This document shows positions 11,251 through 24,706 of a stretch of 64,000 nucleotides of DNA, piece after piece. The translations under genes were made by a program, and so were the position numbers. The stretch is from the NCBI GenBank assembly GCA_043228905.1, contig JBHGNT010000010.1, positions 19,530,001 through 19,594,000 on the forward strand, in the 5' to 3' direction. The notes under the pieces were generated by a model that did not search any database, was not told the DNA's origin, and saw only the letters and a program-made list of their open reading frames with translations. Origin of the DNA: Azolla caroliniana (Eukaryota > Plantae > Polypodiophyta). Position 1 is the first letter of the stretch. The number at the start of each line of letters is the position of its first letter.

Positions 11251-14200
11251 ATTGTGGTTGAGGAATACGTAAATGCATGCTCATTTAATGTATACAAACG
11301 AGTTTTGAACTATATTTATATGGTTATTATATAGGTCATCCTAGCAAAATTTGGCTATGTTACCTTCTAACAGAGTAGAGGATCATCATTGGGATGTTAG
11401 CTTTAGTAAAGTCTCAAGTATTGCATGAGAATGTTCAAAAGAATCAATTATCCAGTATACTCGACGAGAAAAATCTACAACATATGTAGTTGATCTAAAG
11501 CCATGTTGTGAAAAACAAAAAAAGGACAAAAATGAGAGAGAGAAAAACATTAGGGCATATGTGCTCATCATCATTAGAGTTAACCTCATTTTAATGTCAC
11601 CATCATCATCGTCATTTATTGCATCATCACCATCATTTTTTATTCTCATCCTCAATCACAATCTCCTCATTACAATCTACCAATAGTCTTCACCATCATT
11701 TTGATCAATAGACCATCATGTTGGTTACAATAAAAAAGATATTTGATTCCTAGAGGCCATGAAAGTCCCAATTGATCAAAGTGTAAAGAACCTAAAAACA
11801 TGCACAAACTAGAATGATATGGAGCATTGGTGCAATTATAAGGCTCATAAAGTGGAGGTCAAGAATGGATATATTGTGATCAATATTGTGGGAGTTTATG
11901 TCAACAAAAACATTGAAAAGATTAGCCTAAGATAATGTATAACCAAGGTGTAAACATCTATGGACTTGATATCAAGGAGGATAGATGGGAAGAGGCTAAT
12001 GATGATAGTTCGTCATCATAGAATAAGAGACACTAGTTAATGGACAATAGCTAAGTTTTGACATGACATATATATATATTGTAATTTTTGTCAATTTTAT
12101 ACATGATTAGTTAGTGAAAAGCATTTACTTCATTCTTTTTAATTGTTAGGTTAATAAAGTCAATCACAAAGAGAGTGAGAGCAAAAAGAAATCTTAAGTT
12201 TGAGAGCGATAAAGCACGGCAGGTGGAGACCAAGTGAGAGAAATACAGGTAGAGAGCGACATTATGAGAAAAGATTAGAAAGTAAATGTGCTTTATATTG
12301 AAGATAATGTACATTTAACCCACTACAAGTTCATGTTAATATTCTACTATGATGTAAGACATTTAGAGTTGCGTAAAATACAAGATGTTTAACATGGCAA
12401 ATGCACAACACTAAATGTCTCGTTGAATTCAATATTGAATGTGACATTCATCAAGATACTCGAGACCATTGTGCTATGCAATGTGTTTTCCTTATGTGAA
12501 CATCGTGTTCTTTCCAACTAATTCAATTTGATTTTGGCTTGACATACTCATTTAACACATCTTCTAGTAACTTCAAAACCATTGTTGGGGCTCAAGTTGT
12601 TAGGCCTAATATGACTACAAACAAAACTAAATTAGAGAACTAGAAACAAACATAAACAAATCACTCAAAGTTATTTATTCTTAACTTCAAAAAATGGATC
12701 TCCATAAAAATCACTATCAAGATTACTAAAAAATAGCTACAAAAATGGCAATAAAACTTCCCTAAACACCACATTAGATGTAAATTTGTGCACTTTCAAC
12801 GGGAATCCGATGCAGTGCATCGAATTCTTGTTGAAAGAAGTGCACTTTCAACAACAATCTGATGCATTGCATCAATGTTTAGTGGGATCTTCTATTGAAA
12901 TGCGTTTGGATGCTTGCACATGAGTTGAAGGTGTTGTTTTTACCAACCAAGCATACATCTACTCTAGTCTACGACATAACACCTATTGTGCTCAGAATGT
13001 CACTTAAAAAAGTGTAACACATTGCTAAACGTGACTAATTGTCTCAATAAGGGATTTTGGGTCCTCATGAAAGGTAAGATGCAAAGCCTTCAGATAATTG
13101 TGTAGCCTATGCCAAATTCCTTTAATTAGTGTCGCTTGCTCCTTCATCCCAAGGAATCTCATACACAAGAAGGTGAAATTATGTTGTATAAACTAAGCCA
13201 AGGCGATCCTTGTGACAATTCTTCATATCTTGTTTTTCATCATTCTCACACGATTTGTATCTCCAAACCTTTGAACAAGGGCACATGAGCTCTTAAATAA
13301 GGAAACTTGATTCCAAATCTTGCAAGAGTGACATGATAGTTCAAGTTTTGGAAGCTCGGATGTTGAAGACATCAAATTGTTGGCTCAATCTTTATCATAA
13401 GCGCGTCAAAAAAGTGAAGTGAATAAGGTTTAGTGTGTCAAATTGTAGAAGGATTTCTGCATCTATTAGATTCTGAATTGTAAGTGGGTCAGCAAACAAT
13501 TAATTATGGTCATCATATATGTTTAGAGTGTGGTAGATACATGTACATAGAGGTGGTTTGCAAATGCATAAGGGGAGATATGAATCATGGTCCATAAGGA
13601 GGTTTAGTAGAAACTAAAAAGTTAACTTATTGAAGACCAGAGAACCTTGAACAATATGTAACTATTCACACTCATACCCTAATAAAAAGTTTAGTAAAAT
13701 TTCTTAATTTTCATTTCAATCTTTTTGTTCTTCTCTAGAAGGGTGTCAACATATGTACAATAACCATTGCAAATAGTTTAGGACGTTCTTCTATACATTA
13801 AGAAGTTCTTTGGTTTTGTTCCTGAAGGATCAAATAATAAGATTTTGTATTGTTTTCTTGAGTAGAATCAAACATTTAAAAAGAGGTGTGATGTGAGAAA
13901 CTTGGAATCATACAAACCTACAGGTTATTCAAGCATCATCATTTAATGATCAGTGAGCGATTTATGTAATTGTTACTGTTGATATGCCACACATGATGTA
14001 TATATCATATAAATGAGTATTGAAAAGATTCTCCCATCTCACTTGATTTTTAGTATCTTTATCAAAATTATGATTGCTCAAAATGATCTCACTATAGAAT
14101 TATTTTGGAAATGACAACAAAATGTTTTTTGTTATAGTTGACCGTCATTTTTTAAAGATGTATGTCATATGACATGAGATTGCAAAAACTAACATGTCAT

Positions 14201-14704
14201 TTGACATACAAATTTTAATAATGAAAAGCTCTATATGATGCTTCATTGTTATACATTTCATTACTGTAGAAAGTACAGAAAGATGCACAAATAAACATAA
14301 CTACCTCACAAAGATAATGAAATACATAAAATTAAATATCATGTTAATGTTTTTACTAATAAGTATGAAAAAAGGTTATTTTTGGAAAAAAAAGGTTAGT
14401 AAATTTTTTTGTTTTAACTTAAAAATTTATGTTAGTAAAAAATTTAGTTTTAACTTAAAACTTAAAACATTAAAATCAAACCTAGAGTTTACACTCTTAA
14501 AGTATTTAATAAAGGTTATTGTTTAAAATTTCAACTAATATTATTAGTAACGAATACATATTTGAGAATATATGTATATCATTATTACAAGATGATGATA
14601 TTATTTTAAGCGTGTTATAAAAAACGTCTAATTTTTTGGAAAAAAAACATATAGTGTAAATATATTATTATACACACTTCATAGTATCTATAATAATACA
14701 CACA

Positions 14705-15762
14705 GGGGATTTCAGGTGGCAGATTTCGCCATTTCATCGAGTACAACACTAAATTGGGTCGGGCTTTTCAACTGCAGCTAGATGGCCCCTTACGCAATGG
14801 TTGTCGTACATTGGGCATCCCTGATGAGGTGCTCATTACCTTTTGGAAGGGTCTCTGGCGTCTCCACTTGCCGGAAAAGATAAAGTTTTTTTGGTGGCAA
14901 ATCGGGCATAATGTGGTTCCCGTTGGTGAATGGCTAGGTAAATGTGGCGGCCCGTTAGGCTGCCCACTTTGCCATTCACCTATTGAGACTCTGAGGCATT
15001 GTCAGTGGGATTGCCCTCACGCTCAAAAGGTATGGGATAGAGTGACTCACCTCCTTATAGCATGTGAAGTGGAAGGAACAACATCGTGGGGTGCTGCGGC
15101 ATGGCTTGATCATTCTGGTGATAGGTGGACGGACGCCTTCAATGCGGATAGTTGGTGCTATGTATGCATGCAAGGGAAAATCTCCAAGATTCGATTTGAG
15201 AGAGGCTTGCAATCCGCATCCCCTAGGTTCTCGGACATTTGGATGCTGATCGCACCCTGTGGAACGTATGGAAAGCGCGCTGCCTAAAGGTCTTCCAGGA
15301 TCTTGTGCGACCCCCGGAGGAAGTGATCATGGACATATGGTTTGCGCTTATTAGTTGCCTACGAGGGCGATTGGACGAGGTTTGCAGCCATTCCTCTGAC
15401 GTGGATACTGCCTGTTTGCGCTTTTGGCAGAAATGGCGGAACACGCCTATGGTGACACAAGGAGGAAGTGGCCTGAGGTGGAACTACCAACCCCCACGCT
15501 GGCTGTTTCCAGCGCACTTACCACCCTCCCTCTGTTGTCGACCCCAAGAGTTGTCTCATACTAGCCATCACTACAGGGCACTGTTTTAGCTGTAGGTACT
15601 TACACTAAGTAGTCTGTCTGAAAGGCAATGTAACTAGTCTCAATTTCTAGAACTTGATCGGAGGGGGATTCCCCAATCTATGCTTAAGCCTCCTTGTACA
15701 GTCTCTTTGTAATAATCTTAACTAACTAATGGGAAAGTAGCTTCATTTTGGAAAAAAAAAAA
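14705..15762 (+). mobile_element. 5'-truncated LINE (L1-like; zf-RVT, C-terminus, 3' UTR, polyA)
   Basis: FWKGLWRLHLPEKIKFFWWQ...CPLC...HCQWDC zf-RVT; frameshift near 15250; 3' end TTTTGG-A12; more GC-rich than flanks. Confidence 0.85.
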
Positions 15763-17911
15763 GTGAAATATGTATATATAATTATATGACATGGAAAATA
15801 ACATTTTAGCATGTCATGTGACATGCATAATTTGTAGGGGCCTTTCACATGAAAAATGGAAATTTAAACTTTATATGTCAGTTGATGGGCATTTTTATTA
15901 TGTGTATGTTTTTGACGGGCATGACACCCGTCAAATTCTTGCCATGATAGTGGAGTCTTGTGATATTGATCTCAACCAATATAACAAAAGCCCATTGCTT
16001 AGACATGTAACCTCAAGACTACGAACCACAAGATTAATCGCTACCTATTCACATTTATATCCGCAACTTCAAAAATTTGAAGATAACATCAAGAATCTAT
16101 AGCTAATAAAGGTTTTGAAGAGTAGTGTTTGAAGTCTCTAGTATATTTCGTGAAGGCAATGCAATGATGTTATGTTTCTAAAAAATAATGGCAGTCTGAT
16201 TCTCCATCACCAATTGATTAATTACATGATACATCATAAGAAGCAAGTCAAACACTCAATTTTTGCAGAGGCAACCAGACACACACTATGTATCTTTTAG
16301 TATTTTTGTTACATATATACATACATATGGAGATCCACGCAAGGATGATAAACTTTCTTATTTGTTCACATTCAATTAAAAATAATTGGGGGCACATATT
16401 TAAAACTTCTCGTAAACGTAAACTTTTAGTTGCTTAAATGCATGTGCGATAAAAGTAATTGAATAAAATAGGTTTAAGTAGTTTCATGATTATGACTTAC
16501 GCAACAAGAAAGTACATGCTCAAACACAATGCAAGAGCATTATGTCATAGATGAGACTTTATACATCCATGTAAATGACTGATTATAGACTCACTATAAT
16601 ATAGAACTTCTATGAGGGCAATGATTCAGTGCTTTGTAACATTGAAATTTGTGTTCAAGCCTAGCAATGAGTTTGACATTACATTTCATTCTAAAATATC
16701 CTTATAAACGTAATTTGAGATCATATTGAAAAGCCATTTGTTCTTGAAAAGTGGTTTTACAATGTTGGCATTCACATTTCTTTTGTGACCGTTTATCGTT
16801 GATTATATATCAAGCACAACTTTCATATACAAATTTATTAAGAGATCACATGTAAGTTGAAATCTATATATGTAATTAACAAACCTATCTTTACAAGACT
16901 TTATCCAATCCATCATTTATCAAATGAATTGATAGAAAGAAGACAACTATGGGAACAAAGTTCATACAAAAAACATTTCTTTAATGACATCAACACACCT
17001 CCCCATATCTTTAATTATTTCAATAGAAGCACGAGTTTCATGCAAAAATTACATTATCATATGATTCATATGTAAGTTGAAACATTCATTCCAATTATTA
17101 TGAGAATCATTCTTCATATATATGAAATAAATAGTATGTGAAGTTTGAAAATGTTGTTTGTCTCATCCTATGATGATACAAATGGGGTGAATCTAGTAAT
17201 GATTACTATTGAGTATAAAAAATGTTTACAAGTCAAGCTCAACTATAGCTTGTGTATGAAGACAATGGTTGGAGAAAATATGTCAACTCCACTCTTGTAA
17301 TAATGTTTGGGAGTATGTACTAAATGGAGTGGACACTATAATATATATGTTTCTCTCTCATCATGATGCATCAATTTAGAATTCTAGTGAAGCACAAGTA
17401 GAATGTAGACTTGCATTAACCAACTCTCCCCATTTATTCAAGTTAATTGATAGTTATTTTATCATCCCCATTTTGCTTAATATAATATTGCTTAGACTCT
17501 AGAGTACTATCCTATCCTTTTCTATGACTTGTTCGATGGCCATGATTTATACTATATCATCAAAGTTGTAACTTTGAGAGAACCCAAGTTCAACCCTTGC
17601 CATGGGCTTGGCCTTGTTCCATAGATCGAAATTGGTCTCTTGTGGACATTAAAAAGACCTCTCTCACACACACAAACGATGACAGGGCATTGGGCACGAA
17701 CGATGAGAGTAATTGACTATGTACACAATGCCCTAAACAAGTTCAAGCGTCTAAGTATCACACTTTGATACTATGCTCTGTCTTTGATTACATTCAACTA
17801 TGTTTTCCTCACATCATCGACAAATCCAATCCTTGCAAGAATGTCTTAGTAATCATAATATGCACTCTTAATCATTCGTAAAGTTCTTGAACATCGAGAG
17901 TTACCACTCAC

Positions 17912-18130
17912 TTTTTTTCCAAAAAAAAAAATCCTTCCATTAGATAAGAAAACCAATTTTGCTACAACATACAAAGTATGTGGAAAGAAAGCCAAGATAC
18001 TTCCTAAAGCCCTCTTGTAAAATTCAATGGGCAACCATAGATCTTTCCCTAAAGAGGCTAAGGAGATGGATCTATATACATCCCAACTTACAATGGAGAA
18101 CAACCAACAAAGGGGGGGAAATTGCTAGAT
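17912..18130 (-). mobile_element. LINE 3'-tail fragment
   Basis: Minus strand CTAATGGAAGGA-T-run-GG-polyA, the same tail as the other LINE copies. Confidence 0.5.
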
Positions 18131-18199
18131 CATCTTACAATCTACTCATCGAAAAACTAGAATACAACTTCAAAGCTTCTGAAAAGAAATTTGTAATAA

Positions 18200-18640
18200 C
18201 AATGTAGAATCCATGTGTAGCAATACTATCATATTTGTCTTTTATCCAACTCAGAGAAATGCCCATGCTTTGTATTTGTTCAAATGAATTGAGTGCTTTG
18301 TGACCCTGTCCATGCTGTCTAGCACTTCCTTGGCTGTTCCAAACCTACCACATTTGTCATACATGTCCATCGAAGCATTGCCCAATACCATTATATCATT
18401 ATCCACAAGAGCCATAGCCGGTTTTCCCTTGTCGATAGCTTCTACACTTCCACAAGCCTTTTCTATAGCAAGCTAGGAGACCACATGTAAAGGAAAAAGC
18501 AATCTCCAACATGTAAAAACAAGTCCATTTTATCATGAGTGCATTCCAAATGGCCACATTTGTAGTTAGAAGTGTCTGAAACACATCTTCCTTTGCCCCT
18601 TATCATCTGAAGATCATAGTCAACATATATACATGGTGAA
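18200..18640 (-). pseudogene. Degenerate PLS-class PPR protein gene fragment
   Basis: Minus-strand motifs AKEDVFQTLLTTNVAIWNALM, GLLAC, VLGNASMDMYDKCGRFGTAKEVLDSM, KALNSFEQIQSMGIS, with stops and frameshifts. Confidence 0.7.
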
Positions 18641-19086
18641 AATATAATTTATTTGGTTTCATAGGTCATATTTGACTTTTGAAGATGATAAAAAAACTAC
18701 AGGTTCCTTCTATCGAACTATAGCCTTAGCCTTATTTGTTCGACGTATGGTGCAATTGGGATCCTCCCATTCTATTATTCATCATCTTCTTTTGGTCACA
18801 CGACGACTTGTTTCATCAGGCCCTACCATAGTCTGAGTTTGGATTTACGTTGTTGTAGTGTTGGCATGATGGATGGTTGTAGAGTTTTTTTTTTCTAAGA
18901 CAAACAATGCCCAGAGACACTCGTCTGTGGACTGAATGGGGTAGTGGATGAAGCATTGGAGCCGCGCTTTCACTTCATGTGCCATGGAACATAGAGTGTT
19001 GTTGACACCAAATCCCATCAATATTTTGTTATAGTTAAGTGCGCTTGTGTGAACAATATTGGGATGGGTGACCTCTTGTAGTTTGA

Positions 19087-19167
19087 GACAATTTGGTTGA
19101 GTGATTAAGGCATTTGACTTGAAATCAAATGCCTTTGCCCTCATAGGTTCAAATCTTGCAACAGTGC
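19087..19167 (+). pseudogene. tRNA-Ser pseudogene, decayed paralog of 1132-1212
   Basis: Colinear ungapped match to the tRNA-Ser with about 17 changes, mostly C>T/G>A; acceptor stem broken. Confidence 0.85.
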
Positions 19168-19177
19168 AATTACAAGA

Positions 19178-22100
19178 TGTTAGGTAACAGGTCCCTCCAG
19201 ATGGGAAGAAGAACACGAGTTGAAGAAAAGGGAGAACCGAATCGGTTGGCAACAACTCAATCGAAGCTGGAAAATCAAACCGATTGTTCAATTCGGTCCT
19301 GCCCCAAAATCGAATCCAAATCGATTCGACTAATAGCCGAATTGGTTGAAGCCAACTCGGGGCTATATCTATAAATAGAGTTAATATGCCCTTGTGGGCT
19401 ATATTTGTAAATAGCCCTGAATGTTGTATTAGTATAAATATATCTAGGGCAATCATTATGGTGTATGATCATTGTTGTATTGTTGTTGAAAAGTTAGAGT
19501 TGGCAGTTGCCTTTGTAACTAATTAAGGGTAAGAGAGTGAGAGCGAGCAACTTCTCCATAGCCGTATGCTTAGACGAAGAAGAACTCAAGGTTGGTGCCT
19601 TGCAAGTTCTTATTGTATTCCTCTTACTGATAGTGAGATAGTTCGAAGTCTATGGGCTCCCGTGGTTTTTCTCCATTTCAGGTTTTTCATGTAAACATCC
19701 TGTGTCTCTGTACTTCTATTGTTTGTGTACTATCATTCACGATCTTTGCACCCACATTCACATACGTATCAACCGGTTGTGGCCGGAGTCGATTCTCAAC
19801 AAATCGTTATTAGAGCAAGGTTAGTAAATGGAAGAATCATTTGGTGGAATGTTCAAGTTAACCGGCTCCAACTACTTGGAGTGGAAGTCGAAGATATGCT
19901 CGTGTGCAAGAATCTCTGGCTGTCGGTGCAATATGGGAAGACCAATCCTAACAAGATTGATGCGTCGACTTGGGAAGTCATGCATATGAAGGCAACAACG
20001 TACATAAGGTTTTTTATAGACATGAGTCTATACAACAACTTCAATGAAGAGAACAAGGCAGACACCCTTTGGGAGAAGATCGACATTATGCTTGAGAACA
20101 AAAATGCCGTCAACAGAGTCTGAGTTTTCAAGAAGATCGTGAGACTTTGGTATCAGGATGGCTCCAGCATGGCAGAGCACCTGAATGCCTTTAGGGACTC
20201 ATAAACCAAACCACCTCTTTGGAAGTACCTCTAGCCGATGAGGTATTAGCATTATTGCTGTTGGGATCCCTTCCGAATAGCTGGGAAATGCTCTTTGTCA
20301 TGTTGGGAAACGTCAGACTGGAAGGGAAGCACTTATCCCTAGAGAAGGTGAAGTCGAGCTTCCTGAATGAAGAAGCTCACCGAAAGGACAGAGAGGCAAT
20401 ATCCGACCCAAAGGCCTTAATCCCTGAAGGTGACACTAATCGGGGAAGACGACGAAATAGAAGTCCCCAGAACCGAGAGAAGTTGGGGAGAAGGTCGAAG
20501 TCAAGAGGAACGCCTACGTGCTTCTATTGTGAGACGCCGGGGCACTTCCAAAAGAATTTCCAACACTTTTGAAAGGACAAAGGGGGAGCCAACGGTGCGG
20601 ATCCGAAGAAGAATCCTGATCGAAAAGGCACTTCGACAATCGCAACAAGTGAGGAGGAGTTGTTGGTCATTAGTGAGCAAAGTGAGCTCAACCTTTTCCG
20701 CGATGAATCGACATGGGTGGTCGATTCAGGTGCATCGTTCCACCTGACCCCCAATAGAGGATGCTTCTCATCGTATAGAGCTGGAGACCATGATTTTGTA
20801 AAGATGGGAAATAAAGGAGCATGCAGAATCGTCGGGATAGGAGATGTGTGTTTGGAAACGTCTATCGGGTGCAGACTGGTATTGTCAGATGTTCGACACG
20901 TTCCGGAAGTCAGATTGAATTTGACATCAACCGATTGGCTGGATGATGAAGGCTACATGGGTAGCATCCGGAACAGAACTATGAAGTTATGTAAGGGAAG
21001 CCTGATTGTGGCCCGCGCCCGGAAAACCCTAAACTCAACGGGTTGGCTAAAAGGTTGAACCGGACCATCATGGAGAGGGCCAGAAGTATGTTAGCACATG
21101 CCAAGTTGTCCATGACGTTTTGGGCTTAGGCGCTGATGACGACAATGTATGTGATAAACAAATCACCTTCAACACCCTTGAATGAAGATATTCCACAAAG
21201 GGTGTGGACCAACAAGGATGTCTCATACCGACACCTGAGGGTGTTCGGTTGTCTTGCCTACATGCATGTTGCTAAGGACCAGAGGGGAATACTGGATCCG
21301 AAAACTCGGCAATGCATATTTCTCGGATATGGTGACAACGAATTCGGCTATTTGCTATGGGACTTAGCCGAGAAGAAAGTGATCCGGAGTTGAGACATTG
21401 TCTTTATGGAAGAAAAGACAATCATCGACTGGGAGAAGGAGAAGTCAAACATATCCTCCCAACCAGGCGGAAGTCAAAAGCCGGCTGAAGAGCATGGAGA
21501 GTCGATTGTAGTTAGACCAAGAGTCGGGTCGGTTGGAGGCCAGTTGGGAGTCGGACTCAGACTCGGACGCGGAGTCAGATCCGATGAGGAAGAAGAATTA
21601 GTCGACTCCAACCTAGACGAAGTACCAGCCAAAGGAGAAGAGGAAGATCCTAGCGAGCCGACTGAGGAAAATAGAGGAAGACGATACCCTTTGAGAGAAA
21701 GACATGCCCCTCGAAGAATTTTGGATACAGAATATGTGCTACTAACCGATGAGGGGGAGCTGGAAAGCTTTGAGGAAGCGAAGAGGGACACCCACAATAG
21801 AAAGTGGTTGAGTGCCATGCAGGATGAGATGGATCCTCTGTATGATAACCACACATATGAACTGATGGAGTTGCCGAAAGGAAAGAAGGCATTCCGAAAT
21901 AAGATACAAGTTGAAACCGGGAGATGGTAGGAGTCCACTCAAATACAAGGCTTGAATCGTGGTGAAAGGCTTTCAACAGAAGAAGGGTGTGAATTTCAAC
22001 GAAATATTTGCCTTGGTAGTGAAGATGACATCCATCCGAATGGTGTTGAGCAGAGAAGCCAACATGGATCTCGAAGTCGAACAATTGGATGTCAAGACGG

Positions 22101-23701
22101 TGTTTTTGCATGGTGATCTTGAGAAGGAGATATACATGCAGCAACCAGAAGGATTTGGCGAAAATGGAAAGGAGAATCTAGTGTGTCGGTTAAGGAGAAT
22201 CTAGTGTGTGGGTATGCACATTATCTGAGACCGGACAAAGAAGTTGTTATTGTTGTCACAGGAGAAATATGTGACAAAGGTGCTTCAGAGGTTCAACATG
22301 CAGAATGCGAAACCGGTCGATTCGACATTACCGACAAACAGTAAGCAGTTTGGAAGTCAATGTCCGAAGAAGAAAACAGAGAAGGCTGAGATGAGCAAGG
22401 TCCCATATGCCTTAGCTTTCAGAAGCCTTATGTTTGCAATGGTATGTACTAGGCCGGACATTGGATACGTTGTCGGAGTTGTCAGCCGGTATATGAGCAA
22501 TCCCGAAAGGGAGCTTTGGGCTACGGTAAAATGGATACTTCGGTACCTGAGAGGCACCTCAAGTGTGTGCCTCCGATTCAGCTCAGGTAACCCCATATTG
22601 GAAGGTTATACTGATTCAGACATGTCGGCTGATGTGGATACTAGCCGATCCACGTCCGGATACGTAATGACTTATGCAGGGGGAGTTGTCTAATGGCAAT
22701 CGAGGCTGTAGAAGGCCGTGGCATTTGCGATTGTGAACCATAGAAGCCGAGTACATGGTTGCTATAGAAGCCGACAAGGAAATAGTTTGGATGAAGGAGT
22801 TCATCGGAGAGTTGGGGATTCGGTAGGAGGAATTCCGATTCTACTGCGACAACCAAAGTGCAATCCACATTGTGAAGAATGCCGCCTACAATTGAGGACC
22901 AAGCATATCCAAAGGAGATACCATTGGCTCTGGGAGCAAGTAGAAGAGAAGGAGTTTACTCTAGTGAAGGTATGTACACACAACGGAGAACAGGTCGAAC
23001 ATGTTAACGAAGGTGCTGTCGGCTGGAAAGCTGGGTGCGTGTCGAAGACAGGTCGGACTGACGAAACACCCCGTGCCAGAGTGAAGGGGGAGTTTGTTAG
23101 GTAACAGGTCCCTTCGGATGGGAAGAGGAGCATGGGTCGAAGAAAAGGGAGAACCGAATCGATTGAAAGCAACTCAACCGAGGCCGAAAAATCAAACCGA
23201 TTGTTCGATTAAGTCGTGGTCGAAAATCAAATCCGAATCGATTCAGCTAATAGCCGAATTGGTTGAAGCTGACTCGGGGCTATATCTATAAATAGAGTTA
23301 ATGTGCCCTTGTGGGTTATATTTGTAAATAGCCTTGAATGTTGTATTAGTATGAATACATCTAGGGCAATCATTATGGTGTATGATCATTGTTGTATAGT
23401 TGTTGAAAACTTAGAGTTGGCAGTTGCCTCTGTAACTAAGTGAGGGTAAGAGAGTGAGAGTGAGTAACTTCTCCATAGCCGTTTGCTTAGACGAAGAAGA
23501 ACTCAAGGTCGGTGCCTTGCAAGTTCTTATTGTATTCCTCTTACTGATAGTGAGATAGTTCGAAGTCTGTGGGCTATCGTGGTTTTTCCCCATTTCGGGT
23601 TTTTCACATAAACATCCTGTGTCTCTGTACTATCATTCAAGATCTTTGCACCCACATTCGCATACGTGTCAACTGGTTGTGGCCGGGTTCGATTCTCAAC
23701 A
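19178..23701 (+). mobile_element. Ty1/copia element A, degenerate with internal deletions; LTRs 19178-19801 and 23095-23701
   Basis: TG...CA LTR pair, degenerate Met PBS (AATCGTTATTAGAGC), PPT GAGTGAAGGGGGAG, gag CFYC..GHF, PR WVVDSGASFH, RT QLDVKTVFLHG, RH GYTDSD; integrase core and part of RT deleted; flanks CAAGA/TAGAC do not match. Confidence 0.92.
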
Positions 23702-24688
23702 TAGACCTAGCGATGCTCAGGTGGATCGCGTACATTAAGTCCCCGAACCCGGAGATACGGCACATCTCCGGAAAGGATAACGTCATGGCCGATATGCTTT
23801 GAAGGGCGCGGCTCAACGATGAGGACGGCATGGTTTCGGATAACGAAGAAGTTGGCGAGGACTTCTTCGGGTCAGCTAACGTAGCAACAAGAAAGGGGAG
23901 CACTTCGGCGCTTAATGAATTCGACGAGAGCAAGTACGATGGGGAGTGGCTCTAGATCGGTGGGTTCCTAAAGATAATGACACTGGACGCGGCGTGGACG
24001 AAAGAAGAGACCAACCGGATTCGGAAGAAAACGTTGTCGTGAAGAAAACCGTCCCTTAGCGCAATCGGTGCATAACGCGCGTGAACCGGCTCTTCATGCA
24101 TGCGCGCCCTTTAATGTATATAATAGGGAATTAGGTACATAGGCATATCCGGGGGTAGTTAGATTCGGTAGGTAGGAAGTAAATGAGGGAGACGGCTCCC
24201 CTCTAAATCTATAAAAGAGAGGGAGACGCGGGGGAGAAGGAAATCGCGCATTGAGGAGGACGAAGTGCTGTCGAACCGTAACTAAACGCTTCTCCTCTGT
24301 TCATTCTCCATCGCTCTGCTCTGCAGGATTTCGGGAGGCTCGCGCTGCTTCGAGGAACGCCCGTGTGCTTCCGGCAGCACCTCCATCCTATCCCCTTTCG
24401 TGCGCAGACGAACAGGCATCGACATCTGTTCGCCGGCCTGGTCGGTTGTAACCGCTCACGTGCTCTGTTGTTTTGTGTCATTTGTTAATATACAAACATT
24501 CGTGTCTCTCTGTCTCTGTGTCCATTCGTGTTTTCTGCGTTGACGGGCCGTGTCCTTGTGTTTCTTTGCTCATACGTTACCGGTCGTCTCTCTCTTTCTC
24601 TTTCCCCTCCTATCACCTGCGCTTCGGTTCAAGACCCCGGTGGTCCTGCCTCGTTTCTCCACGCACGCGCATAGCAACACGACATATT

Positions 24689-24706
24689 TGGTGAATCCGA
24701 CGTGAA
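24689..24706 (+). promoter_or_regulatory. Primer binding site complementary to the tRNA-Trp 3' end
   Basis: TGGTGAATCCGACGTGAA is the reverse complement of TTCACGTCGG(A/G)TTCACCA, the plant tRNA-Trp(CCA) 3' end as I recall it. Confidence 0.8.

Noticed and set aside
12900-13560. Coding-like minus-strand stretch, possibly a transposon protein relic
   Set aside because: Many stops and no recognisable family motif
24057-24069. A-box-like TAGCGCAATCGGT in the G1 LTR
   Set aside because: No B box at tRNA spacing and not conserved in the related LTRs at 38963 and 48148
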